Assembly: GCA_964016885.1 (NCBI GenBank) | Contig: OZ024740.1 | Location: forward strand, 41,788,001 to 41,852,000 | Direction: 5' to 3' | Source of the DNA: Eledone cirrhosa | Lineage: Eukaryota | Length of the DNA: 64,000 bases | Shown: positions 1-12,928 of the stretch, piece by piece | How the letters are laid out: each line of letters begins with the position of its first letter | Position numbering within the stretch: position 1 is the stretch's first letter | Made by a program: the position numbers and the translations under genes | Notes under the pieces: model-generated | What the model saw: the letters and a program-made list of their open reading frames with translations, nothing else | What the model was told of the DNA's origin: nothing | The model's database searches: none

Positions 1-70
1 GTATGTCTACGCCATTTTTTAGAATAAACACACACAGACACACATACATATATATATAGATGTATATGTG

Positions 71-146
<76 letters not shown>

Positions 147-237
147 GAAGTTCTATTTAAATTGTTGGGATACAACAAGCAAATATTTTTATAACTGATA
201 TAAAGCATTCAACAAATAATTGGAGTAAAAGTACGGA

Positions 238-403
238 AGCTTCCAACAGTAATGGTCGCATTCTTTAAGGGTATGTCAATATTTATTTATAAAACTGGTC
301 TATATTATATTTTATCTGATGAAAGCACACCATAATTTAACTTGAAATATGTATAATGAAATAAATATGGTTTTATAAATATAGTTTCCATTTGTTAATA
401 TCG
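238..403 (+). mobile_element. Penelope-like pseudo-LTR remnant, family A, ending in (TA)n
   Basis: Homologous to 62953-63132 (minus); carries a hammerhead motif; 3' end runs into (TA)n. Confidence 0.6.
308..363 (+). ncRNA. Minimal type-I hammerhead ribozyme motif, intact core
   Basis: tattttat CTGATGA aag..15 nt..ctt GAAA tatgta TA atgaaata: 8-bp stem I, 3-bp stem II, short stem III, AUA site, AATAAA immediately downstream; homologous copy at 63006-63065. Confidence 0.7.
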
Positions 404-442
<39 letters not shown>

Positions 443-458
443 GTGTGTGTGTATATAT

Positions 459-522
<64 letters not shown>

Positions 523-799
523 ATCTTATTAGCAAAAGAGGAACATCTGGTGGTCTTCGAAATCAAAATAGTTATGTATCACATTGCACAATGTAAATCA
601 TCCAGTGTTATCGAATATATATTCGGTTTCCACTCCCACCATAACCATTACACTTCTACCACCACCACAATCACCCCACCACTATTCCCACCACTACCAC
701 TTTAACACTATGGCCACCACTACTACCACCATCATCACCGCCAAGGGACGAAGCATGAAAGACAATACAAAAATCTGGGCAGTGGGTGTTTACATGAAA

Positions 800-1400
800 T
801 CGAATACAAAATGACAAAATAACAATAAACAATGCAATTATAACAACAAATACTCCCTAATGAGAGAATACCACCCAGGGACATCTTAGGAACCCCATCA
901 ATCCTAAACCACTTTATTCTCCAAGAGCACCAGAGGAGGGCGCCCTCTCCTCTCCAAACTATCCAGCTTACCGGCGCATAGTCTGAGTAGGCCCATTCAG
1001 TCGAGCTATCTTCGCTACATTCTCCCACCTTTTAACAAATATTCTGAAGAGCAGCATTTCCCTCTCCACCCTCACCTTCCTTTACAAGAGGAACTTGAAA
1101 AAGTAGACGAGGGATTGGCAAAAAAAGAATGTCTGTCTGCAATCCTTTCAGCCTCGTCCACCACACAACCTCGTTCGCTACCGCCACTAGACAGAGGAAA
1201 GCTGCCTGCCTTTCTCGGTCAAAAGGAGGCAGTGGGATGATCTTTTACAATGGAAACGGTCGATAGCTTAACCCGCCACACACGATAATAGCTGTTTGAC
1301 AAAACTTCATGAGCCAATGCACGGACACTGCACGGACACTGGATGAGTGCGTGCAGACTGACCAATATCCACCAGATGTTTACTTCTAGTGAGATTCCTT
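800..1400 (-). mobile_element. Decayed 3' end of an L1/Tx1-like LINE ORF2
   Basis: Minus strand translates, with frameshifts and stops, ERQAAFLCLVAVANEVVWWTRLKGLQTD...FVKRWENVAKIARLNGP, homologous to the fragment at 4670-4922. Confidence 0.6.
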
Positions 1401-1535
1401 AAATTTTCCCATTTGCCGCCCTTCTTCCGAGATAAGAGGGGTACAAGACAGAGAACCTCAGAGTATTTCAAGGCCTGAGCTTCGTTTTTAAAGAGCACTG
1501 AAATGTCCGCTTTGACCTCGCGATGTGTTGAACAG

Positions 1536-1717
1536 GGCAGTATCGGTAGAGGGTCGGGCTCCATGCTTTGAAGCATAGAGTTACCTCCCTTTATGATCTG
1601 AGTTCAAATCCCGCTGAGGTTAACATTGCCTTTCATCCTTACGGGGGTCGATAAAATAAAGTACCAGTAATGTACTGGGTAATTGCTGGCCTTGTGCCAA
1701 AAGTAGAAACAATTATT
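1536..1717 (+). mobile_element. tRNA-derived SINE, young ~190-bp family
   Basis: A-box-like ggcagtatcgg, B-box gagttcaaatccc, body gcctttcatccttacggggtcgataaaataaagtaccagt, tail gtagaaacaattatt. Confidence 0.9.
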
Positions 1718-2268
1718 TCTTTCAGTGCTCTTTTGACTTCTGCTAGGTTTGTTGTCTGTGAACACGTATTTGTAATTGACTTTCCTTTTCTGCATTTCTG
1801 CCAACACAACAGGGAGATGGCTACGCCAGTCTAGGACTTTTCCAATGTTATCAGTTTGGCTGCCTGAGCGTCTTGAAACCGAACCAGAAAATGTATTGCT
1901 GTTGTTGATGATGTTGTTCATGTAGTCATTTGTGTTGTCGCTGTCGTCTGTGTTAGTGTTATTTTTGTATTTTGTTTCAGTTGTTGAAGTGGGAGTGGTG
2001 GGGCGGCGGTGCTCACATTGGTAGACATGGGCAGTGGCGGAAAATCTAATTCAGTCGTGGCTGCTGCACGAGTTATTAAGTTTCGGTTGCCGTTACTGTT
2101 GCTACTGATGCTGCTACTGTCATTGTTTTGTGAATTTTAGCCGTTCCATTCTATGGACGAATAGGCTACTTTGCCGGTCCCAGTAAAATAGACAATCATG
2201 TTTTTAAAGCTTATTTTACCGGCCCCGGTAAAATATACCCCCAGGCTATTTTCCCGGTTAATATAAAT

Positions 2269-2458
2269 AATTGTTTCTACTTTTAGCACAAGGCCAGCAA
2301 TTATCCCAGTGCATTACTGGTGATTTATTTAATCGACCCCGTAAGGATGAAAGGCAAAGTTAACCTCGGCGGGATTTGAATTCAGACCATAAAGGGCCGT
2401 AACTCTTTGCTATAAAGCATGGCGTCAGACCCTTTACCGATACTGCCAATCCACCGCC
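2269..2458 (-). mobile_element. tRNA-derived SINE, full length
   Basis: Reverse complement of the family consensus from ggcggtggattggcagtatcgg to gtagaaacaatt. Confidence 0.9.
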
Positions 2459-2589
2459 TTAATATAAATAATGTTAGTGTTGGGCTTGTGTTTTGGTTAG
2501 GGTTTAAATTATTAATAGTTGGTGGTGAAAATAAATAAACTTCTGTGTTAAATCTGTGTGTTATTATTAACATTACCTGCCTTCATAAT

Positions 2590-2783
2590 AATGGTTTCTG
2601 ATTTAGACTCAAGGTCAACAATTTTGGGAGAGGGGGAAGTCATTTAAATCGACCTCAGTGCATTACTGCTACTTTATTTTATCGACCCCGTAAGGCAAAG
2701 CTAACCTGGGTTGGAGTTAAACTCAGACCGTAAAGGGTCACAACTCTATGGTGTGAAGCATGGTGTCTGACATTCTTACCAGC
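2590..2783 (-). mobile_element. Older long-tail variant of the same SINE superfamily
   Basis: Shares actttattttatcgacccc and a B-box region; has an extra segment before the 3' tail. Confidence 0.75.
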
Positions 2784-3001
2784 AAAATAGCCTGGGGGTC
2801 TATTTTTTACCGGGACCAGCAAAATAGCCTCTTCCTTCTATTCTGTTTAGCGGACGTAACAAATACAGGCTTCGCCCCTAAGGACGACAGAGATAAACTA
2901 AGCAGCACACGAAGATGCCGGTAAGATAGGTTGAATAACAGTGTGAAAATAATACAAACTTATGGAGCAATTTAAGACATTTTGTTGAGACACCAAGCAA
3001 T

Positions 3002-3037
3002 TCTGCTGCTGCTGCTGCTGCTCTGCTACTACTACTG

Positions 3038-3092
<55 letters not shown>

Positions 3093-3243
3093 AGCTGCAG
3101 CTGTTGCTACTACTACTGCTGCGGCGGTGGGAGCTGCTACTACTACTGCTGCGGCGGTGGGTGCTGCTACTACTACTACTGCTGCGTCGGTGGCTGCTGC
3201 TCTGCTACTACTACTGCTGCGGCGGTGGCTGCTGCTGCTGCTG

Positions 3244-3287
<44 letters not shown>

Positions 3288-3306
3288 GCTACTAATGATA
3301 ATAATA
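3002..3306. repeat. Compound (CTG)n/(CTA)n microsatellite with a ~30-bp super-unit
   Basis: Direct reading; ctactactactgctgcggcggtgg recurs about four times. Confidence 0.9.
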
Positions 3307-3486
3307 ATTGTTTCTACTTTTGACACAAGGCCAGCAATTAACCAGTGCATTACTGGTACTTTATTTTATCGACCCCGTAAGGATGAAAGGTAAAGTTAAC
3401 CTTGGCGGGATTTGAACTCAGACCATAAAGGGCCGTAACTCTTTGCTATAAAGCATGGCGTCCGACCCTCTACCGATACTGCCAAC
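3305..3486 (-). mobile_element. tRNA-derived SINE inserted in a (TAA)n tract
   Basis: Family consensus, reverse orientation; ataat repeats on both flanks. Confidence 0.9.
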
Positions 3487-3950
3487 TCATAATAATGATA
3501 ATAATAATAATAATAATTTTTTCTGTAAATAATCGAGCACTCTTATATGATTGATTGTCATTCTGTTGTAAATATGATTTTAAACAGCTAATGTGTACAT
3601 GTATGAAGCAAATGATATACTTGTAAAGTGCGTGACTTGAGTAATCTGGGGTGTTTATTTTTGTGGCTTATCAATGTATACAGTGAGTTTCTCTGTCCTA
3701 GGCAATGGGAAGATGTTCTCTAAGAAATGAAAACGAAACTGAAGGAAGAGAAAAAATACAAATAATAATAATTGTTTCTATTTTTGGCACAAGGCCAGCA
3801 ATTATACTGGTACACAGACACACACATATATATATACACACACACACATATATATATATATATACACACACACACACGCACACATACATATATATATATA
3901 TACACACACACACCCATATATTTTATATATATATATATACACATATATAA

Positions 3951-3991
<41 letters not shown>

Positions 3992-4031
3992 CACAGCTAT
4001 ATATGTGTGTGTGTGTGTGTGTGTATTTATA

Positions 4032-4076
<45 letters not shown>

Positions 4077-4121
4077 TTGTATATATATATATAAATGTAC
4101 GTGTGTATACATACATATATA

Positions 4122-4152
<31 letters not shown>

Positions 4153-4167
4153 GTATGTGTGTGTTTG

Positions 4168-4198
<31 letters not shown>

Positions 4199-4669
4199 AT
4201 ATATATGTATGTGTGTGTGTGTGTATATATATACACATATATATATTATATATATATGTGTGTGACTGATAAAATGACAAGTCAGTCAATCATATTGGTG
4301 GCCTCCCCACAGCCCCGGCAGACAGAATGGAGAAGGTGTTTCCCCGGAGGACGGCAACGGAGACACGCTGGAAAAGCCATTCCAGTTCTCGAGGCTCACA
4401 CCTGCAGCTGGCCTGCTCAGCGCCTTTGGTGGCGAACAAAGAGCGCTGCTCTCTAATTCATAGACTACAAATGCCTGCGAAAGCTGGCACTATCAACATG
4501 TGCAAAACAATTCTTGCGATTCAAGGAATGACAATTTCTTTTCTGTTACAACCTTGCCACCTGGAAGGTGGCCGGTCAAAAATGCACTCGAAATTAAGAG
4601 AAAGAGACCCCCCCCCCACACACACATACAAACTTACATACATACATACATACATACATCTATCTATCT

Positions 4670-5114
4670 CAACGAAAGAGAGGCGGTTTTCCTTTGTGTG
4701 ATAGCTATGGCGAGAGAGATTGTATGGTGGACAAGGTTGAAAGGGCTGAGGTCAGACACCTTTCTCTCCGGCCAACAACTGATTCTTTTTTTCAAATACC
4801 ACTTTGGAAGAAGAATCAGGATGGAGAGAGAGGTACTGTACCCCAGCAAGTTTTATGAAAGGTGGGTGAAAGTGGCGAGAATGGCCCGAGTGAATGGACC
4901 TTCTCTCTATATCAGCCTGTAGGTTGAGGAAAAAGAGGAGGAGAGGAAAGGGGTACAAACTCTTCGTACTCCTGGAGATATGTAATGTCTCCCCCTATTG
5001 GGGAAAATCGACTAATTGCATTTGTGATAATATTTTACACGTTTTTATTGTATGTAAACTTCCCCCTTTGTATTTGTCCCCTTCTTTTGTGCCCCTGTGG
5101 CTAATAAAGAAACA
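4670..5114 (+). mobile_element. 5'-truncated L1/Tx1-like LINE 3' end (ORF2 C-terminus plus 3' UTR)
   Basis: EREAVFLCVIAMAREIVWWTRLKGLRSDTFLSGQQLILFFKYHFGRRIRMERE...FYERWVKVARMARVNGP stop, then a UTR ending aataaagaaaca; paralog at 800-1400. Confidence 0.6.
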
Positions 5115-5335
5115 TATCTATCACAACGTTTCAAATTTAATATAATTTCAAAAATGTCATACAACAATAAATAAGCTCCTTCTGCAGTTTAAATGTCATG
5201 TGACCGTTAAATGAACCGTGAAAAAGAAAACTCTTGTTTGAGATGTCAAAAATAGAACAAACAATGAAACAATGAAACACAATCTAATTTATCAAGACTC
5301 AGCCATCTTGACCTCATTTTATTTAGGAATGGACT

Positions 5336-5423
<88 letters not shown>

Positions 5424-5750
5424 CAATGTAAATATTACAAAATGATATTAATACTTATGTCACATTTTGAATTCTACAGCTTCAAATATCAGCCGGCGTC
5501 ATTTATTTTTTTTTTTACAAAAAATTTATTTTTATATATTTTCAATATTTCGGATCACATATAATGCTGGACAAATTTCTGTAACAAAATTATTTTTAAG
5601 TAGCAATTAGAAGCAACATATTCACTTATAGTAAACAGTTCAAATGGTGAAAGCATGGAATAAATAAAACAAATAGTAGTAGCGATAAAAATCAATTATA
5701 TTAACAACGAATGCCATTTGTAACCAGTAATAGGCGAATGATCGTTTTAT

Positions 5751-5787
<37 letters not shown>

Positions 5788-5951
5788 TATATATATATAT
5801 GCATACATATGTATATGCTATCACACATACCACACACACATACATGTGTCTATATATAAATAAATATTTATACACATACACACACATATTTATATATGTA
5901 TACATACATAAATACACACACACATATATGTATATGTATATATATAAATAA

Positions 5952-6022
<71 letters not shown>

Positions 6023-6309
6023 GTATATATACACATATGTAGTCAGCATATATAGACAATTATAATAAACACAGAAACATATGTTAAAGCAAATAAATTC
6101 CTAATCTCTTCTCTGCTCGATGTTCATATTTTTCTTGATGCAATATTTGCTTATATATACATATACGTGTTAGGCCCTTAACTTCCGTTGGAGTCGTGGG
6201 AACGGCATAGTGATACACAGCGTCTCTTGAGCATTTAAACCTGACAGAGCTCGTCGCTCTCCATGTCTGAATACAGCTGCTTTCTTTCAAAGAAGGAGAG
6301 AGAGGTGTA

Positions 6310-6472
6310 GAGGAGGAATTAACCCCAGTATTCGACTGGTATTATATTTATTGACCTTCAAATGATGAAAGGCAACGTTGTTCTCCGTGATATTGGAACA
6401 CTGAGCGCAGGAAACCGGAACGAATACCACGATGCAGTCTATCTGACGTTCTAATGAGTTTGCTAATTTGCC
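6310..6472 (-). mobile_element. Old diverged SINE copy
   Basis: ccccagtattcgactggtattatattttattgacc...gatgaaaggcaa matches the SINE body. Confidence 0.6.
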
Positions 6473-6702
6473 ATATATATATACATATATACATATTACA
6501 ACTTTGATAACAGTCTAACTTAAGTTTATAGCACCACCATATACACATATATACATAATATATACCTTTGATATATTCGGCTCCTTCAATTTGAACACAT
6601 ATATGTATATATCTGTGTTTATCTCTCTCTTATATTCAATTATAGTATATATATATATATATATATATATACATAAGTTTATACACGCACTCACATATAT
6701 AT

Positions 6703-6927
6703 GTAATGGAAAATGAAGGAAATTCCTTTGTACAGTAAGATATATTTGAAAAGAAAGAATGGCTTCAATGGTGGTTGGTATGTTTTAATAATTCAGAGCT
6801 TTACAATAAGTCGTTATTGATAGTAATAACGACTTACCAGAACTAATACCAATAACCACTCACTGTAAAGATTTGAACTATTAAAGAATACCAACCGCCA
6901 CTAAAGTAATTCTAATTTTTCTAATAT
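6703..6927. mobile_element. Decayed fold-back element with one-sided tail, in TA-rich context
   Basis: ~65-bp imperfect inverted arms (6741-6805 and 6864-6927) plus an inner hairpin taagtcgttatt/aataacgactta. Confidence 0.55.
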
Positions 6928-6953
6928 ATATGTATATATACAAGTGTATATAT

Positions 6954-6987
<34 letters not shown>

Positions 6988-8798
6988 CACATAGGTATCC
7001 ACAGTAAGTTGTGGGGTCTATTCTGCAAGAACTCGATGTAATCCATATGTTGAAAATGTTGTAGGTTAAGAAAAATCCCGGAAAACATAAAAACATTAAA
7101 AGGAAAACAGAGTCATGATATAAGTTAAAACAATGAAATAAAAACAGCTGGTGATATGCATGTAAGTAAATATTTTCTTTATCTGATATTTTGTAACTAA
7201 CCTTACATAGATCAATAACGGAGTATAGCTACAATGTATTATCATCATCTAGAAGATATTGAAATAAAAGGAAATGATAGAGGTTGTTATATGGGATATA
7301 GGGGTGTGATAACGTGAATGGGCCAAACCCATACAGTGTGGCAGAATGTTACCCCCAGTGATTCAAGCACAGGCAGATGTCTTAGATATCTGCAACCTAT
7401 ACCATCACTATCCCAGTGATATAAGTCCGGAGAGTGCAGGAGAATGGTCTCAGGCGCAAGCCGCTGATGGTCCCAGTAGAAAGAATGAAGAAAACGTTAC
7501 CTCGGAGGATAGCGGGGGAGAGGAGTTGAAATAGCCATTCGAACCCGCGAGTTTCACTCCTGTAGGAGGCCAACTTCGCCCCGTCAGCAGGGAGTAAGAA
7601 GATTGTTCAAGGACCCAGAACGTTAGAAGTCATCATCGCTCCAAATTCAACGTAAAACTGATCGGAAAGCGATCGATATTTAAATAGCTTGTGACCTTCA
7701 AGTTTTCGGCTAACGAAACCTGGATTTGTCATCGACTGTACCACGTTGCCGCAGGTGAAAGTATCGCTACATGTTTCGTCATTGATGAAGGACTTACTAT
7801 CGCGGAACAGGCAAGATTGAACTCAATATAGATTCTCCATGTACACAATGTCCCCAGGAGGATCATGTATGTGGCAAGAATGAGGTAGTCCAAATAATGT
7901 CAGCATCTGTATTATATTCCTTGACACCATCTTTCTTTCCACCTGTCTTTACTACAACTCAACATAGGGATCCTCAACGGGTTTGTTAGACTTATTACAG
8001 TAGCCAAATCTCCCTCAAATCTACACCCTAGTTTCCTATAAAAGGAAAGGACACTTTGGATAATGTAAACCCATATATGTCTAAAAAGGTTAGATAGTCA
8101 CGGCTAGAATACTTTTATAATAGGTTTTCTCGACCCCTGTTGACTTCCTCACCAAAAACCCAGCAGCTGTTCTTCTAATTTCTCCGGCTTCGTCATTTGG
8201 GACGCATTCAGCAGGACTACTACACGTCTACCTCGAAACACTTGGTTAATGACTGGTTTGCCTCTCTCACTTGCACGCGCTCGCTCAAATACACCCCCTT
8301 CCTGGTTTCCTGTATCTGCATTCGGACCCTATAACTTCTTGATCTTTTCCCAGTATTTACTCTTTTCTTTCAAAAGTGATAAAACGTTGGGTAACATTCT
8401 GATTAGAAGTTTTTTCTAAGCCACATCCAGCCTGGAAACTAAACTTGCTCCCACCACAGATAATATTTTCCATGCCATACTCCTGCTAGCTCTCAAATTT
8501 ACATCCAAAGTCATCGTCCATTTTGACTGATCCTCTTATAGCCTTATCTACAGCTCGACATGTCAACTCGGTAATACTTTGATCATAGTGTACCTAATAG
8601 CAAAGCAGTATCCCATCATTTCACCTGGCCACTTCATTCTTTCATCATCTTGTCTATTGTTACATAACGGTTCAACTCATTGACAGAGACACAGGTAATG
8701 AATATATTTCACATCTTCCTATGATTTCTCCCTCCACTACTGTTCTCTCAAGTGTTTTACATATCATTCTTATATTTATGTGTTTGTGTGTTTCTTGT

Positions 8799-8833
<35 letters not shown>

Positions 8834-8845
8834 ACCACACACACA

Positions 8846-8924
<79 letters not shown>

Positions 8925-9184
8925 GAGAGTGTTGTGGTTTGCCTGCATCATAGGCATACGTCTTGAAAACCACTATAATGTGGATGGAGTTGGCAATATT
9001 GACCATCTGCATTGTATTGGCTTCCAAGACATACCTATTTATATATGTATATATGGGTATAGTTTTTTATACGATAGAAATAAGGAAGATCCGCTTCAAA
9101 TGAGTACTCAATTGTATATTACTTTGATAGGTTTCAGCTAGTATTGGCCCAGGCCATGTATATTTAATAGTACCATATATATAT

Positions 9185-9394
9185 ATATTTAATATAGAAA
9201 TGGTTTCTACAGGACTAGAACCGTTTCATTCAGAGGAAATCAGGAAAATCATGTAGAAGCCATTTCTATATTAAATATTTATACTCTGCTATGTATTGAG
9301 CACCTTACTTACTGTGGTTAGCCCCGATTGAACCCGGGATAAACATACGTGTGCAGGAATGATTGGGGTGATACACCCTTCATCCTGCTCATCA
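9185..9394 (+). mobile_element. Short fold-back + tail element in (TA)n
   Basis: Arm atatttaatatagaaatggtttctaca mirrors tgtagaagccatttctatattaaatat; the tail end (9345-9394) has an inverted homolog at 9986-10035. Confidence 0.55.
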
Positions 9395-9415
9395 TATATA
9401 TATATATATATATAT

Positions 9416-9489
<74 letters not shown>

Positions 9490-9493
<4 letters not shown>

Positions 9494-9741
9494 GTATTTC
9501 CACAGGAAGGGTAAAGGAAAGGAGAGTGCTCTATGTATGCTACAGAGCTATTTAATGATGTAATAAACAACATAAGACAATTATACCATTTACCAAAGGT
9601 TTCACGAAGACAGACGAGCTTTACAGAGACGTCTGAAATCGCTCATCAGAATGAAAGAACCATTTCAGACGTCTCTGTAAAGCTCGTCTGTCTTCGTGAA
9701 ACCTTTGGTAAATGGAATGATTGTCTTATGTTGTTTATTAC

Positions 9742-9745
<4 letters not shown>
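9490..9745 (-). mobile_element. Penelope-like pseudo-LTR remnant: ~82-bp inverted arms plus ~68-bp tail, between two (TA)n tracts
   Basis: Arms 9558-9639 and 9662-9743 are near-perfect inverted copies; contains a complete hammerhead. Confidence 0.7.
9586..9654 (-). ncRNA. Type-I hammerhead ribozyme, canonical core
   Basis: tcatt CTGATGA gcg..(cagacg/cgtctg extension)..cgt GAAA cc ttt gg TA aatgg: 5-bp stem I, extended stem II, 3-bp stem III, GUA cleavage triplet. Confidence 0.8.
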
Positions 9746-9837
<92 letters not shown>

Positions 9838-9850
9838 TATAATATATATT

Positions 9851-9881
<31 letters not shown>

Positions 9882-10502
9882 TATATATATAATATATATT
9901 ATATATATATAATATATATATATATATATAATATATATATAATATATATAATATATATATAATATATATACACACATATATATATAATGAGGAGGATGAG
10001 GAGTGCATCACCCCAAGTATTCCTGCACGTGCATGGAGGCGACTTTTCCATCCAGCAACGAAAGGCAGCCCAACATCCCCTCCTCTTGGCATTGATAACA
10101 CTCCGAAATAGTACATATCAGTGCAGCTGACTGTCCCCGCCTATACTACATCTTCCGGTGTGACGGAACGGCGGAATTGGCGGTATTTCATTGGCACAAA
10201 TTCGCGTGACACCCCAATAACTGTAGCAATAGGCTCAATGTCCATAGTGTGCCAAGAATTCAGAATCCTGGCCTGCATCGTTAGTGGAGATAGAATGATA
10301 AATGAGAAGATCCAAAAAACTCATCTGTACATCATGGGTTATTGTGACAAACATTTTACAACACGACTGCTCCTTTTGAAAACTCAAGGATTATTATCTG
10401 ATGACATAAGTAAGATAATCAGTAATCACGTAAACCACAAGCTTCACTTTTGAGTGAAGAATGTCGTAACAACAGATCAGTATCTTTCACTCCCAGTAGA
10501 CA

Positions 10503-10690
10503 TAATTGTTTCTACTTTAGGCACAAGGCCAGCAATCACCCAGTGCATTACTGGTACTTTATTTTATCGACCCCGTAAGGATGAAAGGCAAAGTCAACCT
10601 CGGCGGGATTTGAACTTAGATCGTAAAGGGACGTAACTATGCTGGAAAGCATGGCGTCCGACCCTCTACCGATACTGCCAATCCACCGCC
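10503..10690 (-). mobile_element. tRNA-derived SINE, full length, with TSD
   Basis: Consensus match; agtagacataat duplicated at 10495-10506 and 10694-10705. Confidence 0.92.
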
Positions 10691-10894
10691 CCAAGTAGAC
10701 ATAATGCACCCTGATAGCATTCAGTGAGATTTCTGAGTTCTCGCACACATAATATTATGACCAAGGAATCGCATCTATCCCAGTTTTGGTTTTAGAGTGA
10801 TCGTGTTCTTTGAGAGATTGCCACCTAAGGCTGACGAGTTCTGACTACTCTGAGCAATTGGCTTTAAAGGATAGTAATCTCCAAACATATCCGT

Positions 10895-11035
10895 CGCATG
10901 GCTTAATGGTTAGAGTATTGGGATTGTAATCGAAAGGTAGTGAGTTCAATTCTCGGACCGGGTGATGTGTTGTTTCCTTGAGCAATACACTTTATTTCAC
11001 GTTGCTCCAGTTTACTCAGCTATAGAAATGAGATG
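10895..11035 (+). mobile_element. Second, different tRNA-derived SINE family (diverged)
   Basis: A-box tggcttaatgg, B-box gagttcaattc, followed by tccttgagcaatacactttatttcacgttgctccag. Confidence 0.65.
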
Positions 11036-12182
11036 ATAGGACTGGGGTCCTTATCATTAAATTATCCAAGACACCTCCAACCAGATATATCTTGGAGGAG
11101 GGCAGCTAAACCTGCATCGGTATGAGCTGTAACACGTAACACGTAAACATATCCGTCACAGGAAGCTGGGCTTCGGTTATTAGAGGCTATATGTGACGCA
11201 ATCCGTTTGGCGTATTTTAGTAGAGAGTAGATTCTCAGGTGTAATGATAAGATCAGTGTGTACGGATATATATGAGGGTTTATTCTTTTCAGTTATGGTT
11301 GTGTGTGTTTGTCTGACTACATGTGGGTTTCTACAACTACATGTGTGTTTGCCTGACTAGATGTTTGTATATCTGACTATATATTGGTTTGTCTATAGCC
11401 ATTTTTAATACCGAAAGAAAAATATTTAATTTCTCTACTTTTCTGCTTATTCAAAATAATACAAATATTCTACACAACAAAATTCCATCCATTTCTTTCG
11501 GAGTTTTATGTTTCTGGCAAGTGACTTGATATGGGACCGTGTGTTGAAACAGAACAATTACATCGTTAAAGAAACATTGTAACCAATCAACGGCACACAA
11601 AACTGTTTACTTTACATTCAATATTTATTTTATCGCTCTGCAATGATACATGTAAAGTAAATTTAACAGTATATTTTTGATGATTATGACTTTGCAACGA
11701 TGTAATTGTTATATCCGTTTCTGTTATTAGAAATATGAGCATCTATATAAGTTTGATAGCATTTTATCTCTTACTTCCATTAATTACCTCTATTCCTTCA
11801 CCTTTTTATTTCAACACCTTACCTTGTTTCTCTTTGCTATATCTGTAGAACTATGTCTTTCTACCACAGACAATATTTTTGAGGGAAATTACCCCACAGT
11901 CGTGGTCAGCATACTAAAATCAAATATTGCATCACACAACTGAAATCGTTTCGGTTAAAAAAATTCAATATATTCACGTCCGCACTCAAAATTTCGATCA
12001 CTGTTTTTATTTGAGTATCTCCATTGATAGGTGTTTTTATATATTAAGCACAGCAATTTGTGTATAAAATACGTGGATAATTTCTGTCAATCGAAGTTTC
12101 GCAATTCACTCAATTTCAGATGTGAATCGCTTATTCGCTTATTCTATACCATTTTCTTAGTTTTCTCCATCTTCTTTAATTT

Positions 12183-12184
<2 letters not shown>

Positions 12185-12255
<71 letters not shown>

Positions 12256-12283
12256 ACAAACACACACATACATACACACACAC

Positions 12284-12347
<64 letters not shown>

Positions 12348-12609
12348 TAATATTTATATATATATATGTATATATATATATATTAATATTTATATATATA
12401 TGTATATTATATATATATAAATATATATATAAATATTAATATATATATATTAATATTTATATATATATATATATTAATATTTATATATATATATATATTA
12501 ATAATTACATATATATATATATATATATTAATAATTATATATATATATATATATATTAATATATATATATTAATAATTATATATATATATTAATATATAT
12601 ATATATTAA

Positions 12610-12653
<44 letters not shown>

Positions 12654-12861
12654 TATATATATATATTAATAATTATATATATATATATATATATTAATAT
12701 ATATATATATTAATAATTATATATATATATATATACATATATATTAATATATATATATATATTAATATATATATATATATTAATATATATACATATTAAT
12801 ATTTATATATATATATATATATATATTAATATTTATATATATATATATATATTTATATATA

Positions 12862-12905
<44 letters not shown>
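12185..12905. repeat. (CA)n followed by a long interrupted (TA)n microsatellite
   Basis: Direct reading. Confidence 0.95.
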
Positions 12906-12909
<4 letters not shown>

Positions 12910-12928
12910 TATTTGATATATTTGATAT

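Larger units (their letters stand above)
2161..2830. mobile_element. MITE-like element with inverted termini, interrupted by two SINEs
   Basis: aggctactttgccggtcccagtaaaatagac and ccccaggctatttt on the left mirror aaaatagcctgggggtctattttttaccgggaccagcaaaatagcct on the right. Confidence 0.6.

Noticed and set aside
1536-1620. tRNA gene (A and B boxes)
   Set aside because: It is the head of a multi-copy SINE; no complete cloverleaf, and it continues into the SINE body.
2898-3393. Poly-S/V/Q/Y/L ORFs
   Set aside because: Translation of a trinucleotide microsatellite running into a SINE.
7270-8700. Possible old LINE (RTE-like) remnants and ORF 7346-7534
   Set aside because: No protein motif I could recognise with confidence; left unannotated.
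8960-8994. Possible further U3:A8 hammerhead (gtc TTGAAAA ccac tataat gtgg...)
   Set aside because: The GAAA half is absent, so it cannot be distinguished from chance in AT-rich DNA.
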